DNA from: Kiritimatiellota bacterium
Lineage (GTDB): Bacteria; Verrucomicrobiota; Kiritimatiellia; JAAZAB01
Assembly (NCBI GenBank): GCA_026398415.1
Contig: JAPLSY010000032.1
Span: forward strand, 15,197 to 79,196
Reading direction: 5' to 3'
DNA length: 64,000 nucleotides
Shown here in pieces: positions 59,729 through 64,000 of this stretch (the first letter of the stretch is position 1; each line of letters begins with the position of its first letter). The notes beneath the pieces were generated by a model. The model searched no databases. It saw only the letters and a program-made list of their open reading frames with translations, and was not told the origin of the DNA. The position numbers and the translations under genes are program-made.

Positions 59729-61239
59729 AACCCGGACTGATATTTAAAACAACTTTGTCCGCCGTAGGCGGATCCGCCTCTGGCGGAAAACATATATTGA
59801 TTCTTAAGTCTTGGCTATGGCGCGCGGCAATACCGGCCGGGTTGCTTCTGGCTTTTCTGCTGGCCGGCGGGTGCGCCCTGGGGCCCAAGTTCCAAAAGCC
59901 CGCGATGGATATGCCGGGCGGGTTTCTCGGCCAGGGGGTGGTCAGCCAGCAGATGACTTTGGCCGATCTGCCGTGGTGGACGGTGTTCGAGGACGACACG
60001 CTCCACGAACTGGTTCGAACCGCGCTTACCAATAATTACGATCTGCGCATCGCCATTAAGCGCGTCGAGGAATACCAGGCCCTGGCGGCGCAGTCGCGCG
60101 CCAAGTTTTTACCGCAGATCGGCTACGCCGGCGACCTGGAACGCAGTCGCAATGCGTTTGGCGGCAATCCCACGATGGGCAACGGCGAGACGGGCAATCC
60201 CATTATGCTCGCCGGCTCCGCCACGTGGGAACTTGATGTCTGGGGCCGGGTTCGCCGCCTGAACGAAGCGGCGCGCGCCCAACTGGCGGCCACCGACGCC
60301 ATCCGACGCGGGGTTATGTTGACCCTCGTCTGCAATGTGGCCCAATCGTATTTTGAACTCCTGGAAATTGACCTCGAACTCGATATTGCCAAGCGGACGA
60401 CGCGCTCGTTTCAAGAGAGTCTGGATATCTTCAGCCGGAAACTGGCCGGCGGCGTCGCATCGCGCCTTGAGACCGCCCGGGCCGAGGCCGCCCTGGCTTC
60501 AACCGCCGCCACGATTCCCGATCTTGAACGGCGAATCGCCATCAAGGAAAATGCGATTAATCTCCTGCTCGGCCGCAATCCCGGGCCGATTCCGCGCCAG
60601 GCGACCCTGCGCGACCAGGATTTTCCGCCGGAAGTGCCCGGGGGATTGCCCTCCGATCTGCTCCGGCGCCGGCCGGATATCCTGGCGGCGGAACAGAACC
60701 TGCGCGCGGCCAACGCGCAAATCGGGGTCGCCATCGCCCAGTGTTTTCCGAAAATCGGGTTGACTTCGGTGTTTGGGCGCATCAGTCCTGATTTGAACTC
60801 GTTCAACAGCGATGCCATGGCCTGGAGCATCGGCGGTAATTTGACCGGGCCGATTTTCCAGGGCGGCGCGCTGCTGGCCCAAATCCGCCAGGCGCGCGCG
60901 CAAACCGAAGAGCAATCGCTGACCTACGAACAGACCGTGCGCACGGCCTTCCAGGATGTGGCCAACGCCCTGATCACGCGCACCAAACTGGAAGACGTTT
61001 TCACCCAGCAAGCGCGATGTGTACGCTGTTATGCGGATGCGGTCACGGTATCGCGCGATCGCTACATTGCCGGCAAGGCCAGTTATTACGAGGTGCTCGA
61101 AGCCCAACAGCAGCTGTTCCCGGCCGAAAACAACCTGGCCCAGACCCAGCTCAACCGCCTGACGGCCGTGATCCAGCTTTACAAAGTATTGGGCGGCGGC
61201 TGGAATTTGCCGGATGCGGAATGGGACGCAACCCCGTAA
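59725..61239 (+). CDS. Outer-membrane efflux lipoprotein (NodT-like)
   Basis: AGGC lipobox, [26 protein letters not shown]; ATGA overlap with the permease. Confidence 0.9.
   Translation: MKPGLIFKTTLSAVGGSASGGKHILILKSWLWRAAIPAGLLLAFLLAGGCALGPKFQKPAMDMPGGFLGQGVVSQQMTLADLPWWTVFEDDTLHELVRTALTNNYDLRIAIKRVEEYQALAAQSRAKFLPQIGYAGDLERSRNAFGGNPTMGNGETGNPIMLAGSATWELDVWGRVRRLNEAARAQLAATDAIRRGVMLTLVCNVAQSYFELLEIDLELDIAKRTTRSFQESLDIFSRKLAGGVASRLETARAEAALASTAATIPDLERRIAIKENAINLLLGRNPGPIPRQATLRDQDFPPEVPGGLPSDLLRRRPDILAAEQNLRAANAQIGVAIAQCFPKIGLTSVFGRISPDLNSFNSDAMAWSIGGNLTGPIFQGGALLAQIRQARAQTEEQSLTYEQTVRTAFQDVANALITRTKLEDVFTQQARCVRCYADAVTVSRDRYIAGKASYYEVLEAQQQLFPAENNLAQTQLNRLTAVIQLYKVLGGGWNLPDAEWDATP
59758..59787. 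repeat. REP-like double hairpin inserted in frame
   Basis: TCCGCC-GTA-GGCGGA-TCCGCC-TCT-GGCGGA (30 nt, [10 protein letters not shown]). Confidence 0.75.
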
Positions 61240-61280
61240 GGTCCGGGGATCATTCCTTAAGACAGACCGCATAGATTAAA

Positions 61281-62753
61281 ATGAAATACCGATTTTCCGT
61301 ATGCCTGGTTGCAATGATTGGCGCTGTGCTGACCGCATTCCTGACTGGATGTGTGTCGGCCCCGGCGCCGAGCAACGCGACCACCCCCTGGGCACCTCCA
61401 TCCCAGGCACAGAACCCGGACACGATCTGGAAGGATATCCGCGCCCAGAAAGCGGATTTTACCAATGACCAGTCACTGGCCGAGGCGCTGGACATTGCCC
61501 TGCAGAACAATCCGGCCAGCCGCAAGACGTGGAGCGATGCCCGGGCCGCATCCGCGCAGGTGGACCAGGCCAAGGGTTATTTCCTGCCGACTGTGGTCGG
61601 CACGGCCGCAGCCAATCGCCAGCGAACCACGGCCGAACCGGACAGTTTTGACCTGGACTACATTAAATATGGCCCCGGACTGCAGCTTAATTATCTGGTC
61701 ATCAATTTTGGCGGCGGCCGCAGCGCGGCCGTGGAGCAGGCGCTCCAGACCGTGTTCGCCGCGAATTATCTTTTTAACCGCTCCATCCAGGATATCCTGC
61801 TGGCCGTGGAGACCGCTTATTATGGCCTGGTCAGCGCCAAGGCCGGCATCGAGGCAGCCGAGGCGAACGTGAAAGATGCTCAAACGGCGCTTGAGACGGC
61901 GCAAGCGCGCAAAGCCGCCGGTGTAGGCACCGACCTGGAAGTACTCCAGGCCCAGGCCAGCTACGACCAGTCGCGTTATGGTCTGGTCAATGCCAAAGGT
62001 CAGTTCAAAATTGCACGGGGCGCGCTGGCCCAGGCCATGGGCATTCCCGCCGATATAACGGTCCAGGTAGTGGCGCCAACCAACGCTGTACCCACAGCCG
62101 TTACACCGCAGGATATGCGGCAAATGATTGACGATGCACTTGACCGGCGGCCGGATATTGCCGCACTGCGCGCAACACTGGCCGCCAAGAAGGCCGCTAT
62201 CCGGGTGACGGGCTCGGCCCTTTGGCCCTCGCTTTACGTTAACGGCAATGTCAGCCGTGATTATTATGACACCATGACTGGCGCGGCCTTTCAGGCTAAT
62301 GACTGGTCCTACGGCGCGGGCGCCACGCTCCAATGGACCTTGTTCGATGGCTTCCAGACCCTGAGCGCCAAGCGCGCCGCGGCGGCGCAGGCGGATTCCG
62401 CCCAGGCGCAACTCCAGCAAGCGGAACTGGCGGCCAGCGCCGATGTCTGGACCCGGTATTATGCCTATGAAACTGCCCTGGAACGGCATACGGTTAGCAT
62501 CGCTTATCTGATCAGTGCCTCGGCCTCCTATGACCTGGCGCTGGATAGTTACAAGAATGGACTGAGCAATATCATCGATCTGTTGAATGCCGAAAGCAAG
62601 CTGGCGCAGGCGCGGACACAATATGTATCCGCCCGGCAGGACGCGTTCACCGCCCTGGCCAATCTCGCCTATGCCACCGGCCGCTTGGAAAAGGGCGGCG
62701 CGGCACGGACCGAAGGAATTTTCTCAACCCCCGTCAGGAAGGATCAACCATGA
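61281..62753 (+). CDS. TolC-family outer-membrane protein (lipoprotein)
   Basis: LTGC lipobox, two OEP repeats, RRPDI, WTLFDGF. Confidence 0.9.
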   Translation: MKYRFSVCLVAMIGAVLTAFLTGCVSAPAPSNATTPWAPPSQAQNPDTIWKDIRAQKADFTNDQSLAEALDIALQNNPASRKTWSDARAASAQVDQAKGYFLPTVVGTAAANRQRTTAEPDSFDLDYIKYGPGLQLNYLVINFGGGRSAAVEQALQTVFAANYLFNRSIQDILLAVETAYYGLVSAKAGIEAAEANVKDAQTALETAQARKAAGVGTDLEVLQAQASYDQSRYGLVNAKGQFKIARGALAQAMGIPADITVQVVAPTNAVPTAVTPQDMRQMIDDALDRRPDIAALRATLAAKKAAIRVTGSALWPSLYVNGNVSRDYYDTMTGAAFQANDWSYGAGATLQWTLFDGFQTLSAKRAAAAQADSAQAQLQQAELAASADVWTRYYAYETALERHTVSIAYLISASASYDLALDSYKNGLSNIIDLLNAESKLAQARTQYVSARQDAFTALANLAYATGRLEKGGAARTEGIFSTPVRKDQP

Positions 62754-63898
62754 ACCGATATCTGCGCCTTGCCGTCATACTTGTCACCGGCAGCACGCTG
62801 GCCTTGGCATTGGGGGCCTGCTCCAAACGCCAGAATGGTCCGCCGCAATTCCCACCCACGGCGGTCCAAACCGCCTTGGCCGTTAAAATGGACACGCCGG
62901 TGGTTATCGGCGCTTTCGGGAATACAAAAGATCAGGTGAGTATTGACGTTGTCCCGCAGGTTTCGGGAATGCTTGTTAAAACCTTTATCCTGGATGGGGC
63001 CATTGTCGCCAACGGCCAGCCGCTATTTATGATTGACCCCAGCGACTATGCCATCCGGGTCCGCCAGGCCGATGGTCTCGTGGCCGCAGACCATGCCAAC
63101 CTGGAATTGAGCCGCCTTACGCTGGAACGCAACCGGCCGTTACTCGCAAAAAACATGATTTCGGCGGAAACATTCGACACGCTTCAAACCAAGCTGGATG
63201 CCGCCACGGCCCAGCTCCAGATTGACGAGGCGGCCCTCGATCAGGCCCGCTTGGATCTATCGCGCTGTACGGTCACCTCCACGGTCAGTGGGGTTTGTTC
63301 CAAGCGCTTCCTGGATAACGGCAACCTGGCCATGGCCAACCAGACGAAGCTGACCAATGTCCGCAGTTACGATCCCCTCTTCGTGGAGTTCTCGGTCTCG
63401 GAACAATATCTGGACATCCTGCGCCGGGAAATGGCGGCGGGGAAAGTGCGGATCGAGATCACGCCGCGCGGCGACACCAACAGTTATGCGGGCGAGCTGG
63501 TTTTCCTGGATAATGCGGTGGATCGCCAGACCGGCACGATTTTGCTGCGCGGGTTGGTGCCCAACCCGCAGATGAAACTCTGGTCATGGCAATTTGTCGA
63601 GGTGCGTATCCTGGCCGGCATCGCCCGCGATGCCGTGATGGTCCCGGAAAGCGCCGTGCAATTCGGCAAGGACGGCCCCTACGCGTTTGTCGTGACCAAG
63701 GATAACAAGGCGGAACTCCGGCTGGTCAAACCGGGCGTGAGGCACGCCAATCTGCTTCAGATTATCGAGGGCGTGGTGCCCGGCGAAAAAATGGTGGTGC
63801 TGGGCCAGTTGATGTTGTATCCCGGCGCAACGGTGATGGAAGCGGCCGCGCCGGCGCCACCCGGCAAGGCCCCGGCAGGCAAACCTGGCGAAAAATGA
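62750..63898 (+). CDS. RND periplasmic adaptor (MdtA-like)
   Basis: LGAC lipobox, VVPQVSG, DNAVDRQTGTI, VQFGKDGPY. Confidence 0.9.
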   Translation: MNRYLRLAVILVTGSTLALALGACSKRQNGPPQFPPTAVQTALAVKMDTPVVIGAFGNTKDQVSIDVVPQVSGMLVKTFILDGAIVANGQPLFMIDPSDYAIRVRQADGLVAADHANLELSRLTLERNRPLLAKNMISAETFDTLQTKLDAATAQLQIDEAALDQARLDLSRCTVTSTVSGVCSKRFLDNGNLAMANQTKLTNVRSYDPLFVEFSVSEQYLDILRREMAAGKVRIEITPRGDTNSYAGELVFLDNAVDRQTGTILLRGLVPNPQMKLWSWQFVEVRILAGIARDAVMVPESAVQFGKDGPYAFVVTKDNKAELRLVKPGVRHANLLQIIEGVVPGEKMVVLGQLMLYPGATVMEAAAPAPPGKAPAGKPGEK

Positions 63899-63938
63899 GC
63901 CCGGGTATGACGGCTGATTTTAAATAACGGAACTTGTT

Positions 63939-64000
63939 ATGACTTTCTCGGAAATCTTCATCCGGCGGCCGATTTTGACGACACTGGTCATGGTTGTCAT
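63939..64000 (+). CDS. RND permease N-terminus (MdtB/C-like), truncated by window edge
   Basis: MTFSEIFIRRPILTTLVMVV. Confidence 0.75.
   Translation, partial: MTFSEIFIRRPILTTLVMVV

Overview
A 64-kb bacterial chromosomal segment. Gene content and style suggest an anaerobic PVC-superphylum organism such as Kiritimatiellae or Lentisphaerae (inference only). It is dominated by carbohydrate-catabolic loci: a GH35-type beta-galactosidase, GH29 and GH151-type fucosidases, a sialidase-like BNR protein, a heparinase II/III, four Gfo/Idh/MocA oxidoreductases, four uroporphyrinogen-decarboxylase-family proteins and three AraC regulators. It also holds housekeeping genes (ettA, typA, mfd-surA-pdxA), an AbiEii/AbiEi type IV toxin-antitoxin pair, a MATE pump and three RND efflux clusters (the last cut by the window end). 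The most striking structure is at 35755-35995 (-): a complete tRNA-Leu(UAG) nested in the anticodon loop of a second, split Leu-type tRNA-like shell. The shell's anticodon arm matches a palindromic repeat found empty at 20866-20897, and its variable arm carries a further repeat insertion. Other notable structure includes two inverted beta-helix paralogs with ~90% identical ends and divergent AT-richer middles (one frameshifted), a duplicated 72-bp promoter/operator, many small palindromic and heptamer repeats (several in frame inside mfd and an efflux gene), and an IS200/IS605-like double-hairpin remnant. No CRISPR array, rRNA, integrase, transposase or reverse transcriptase was seen.
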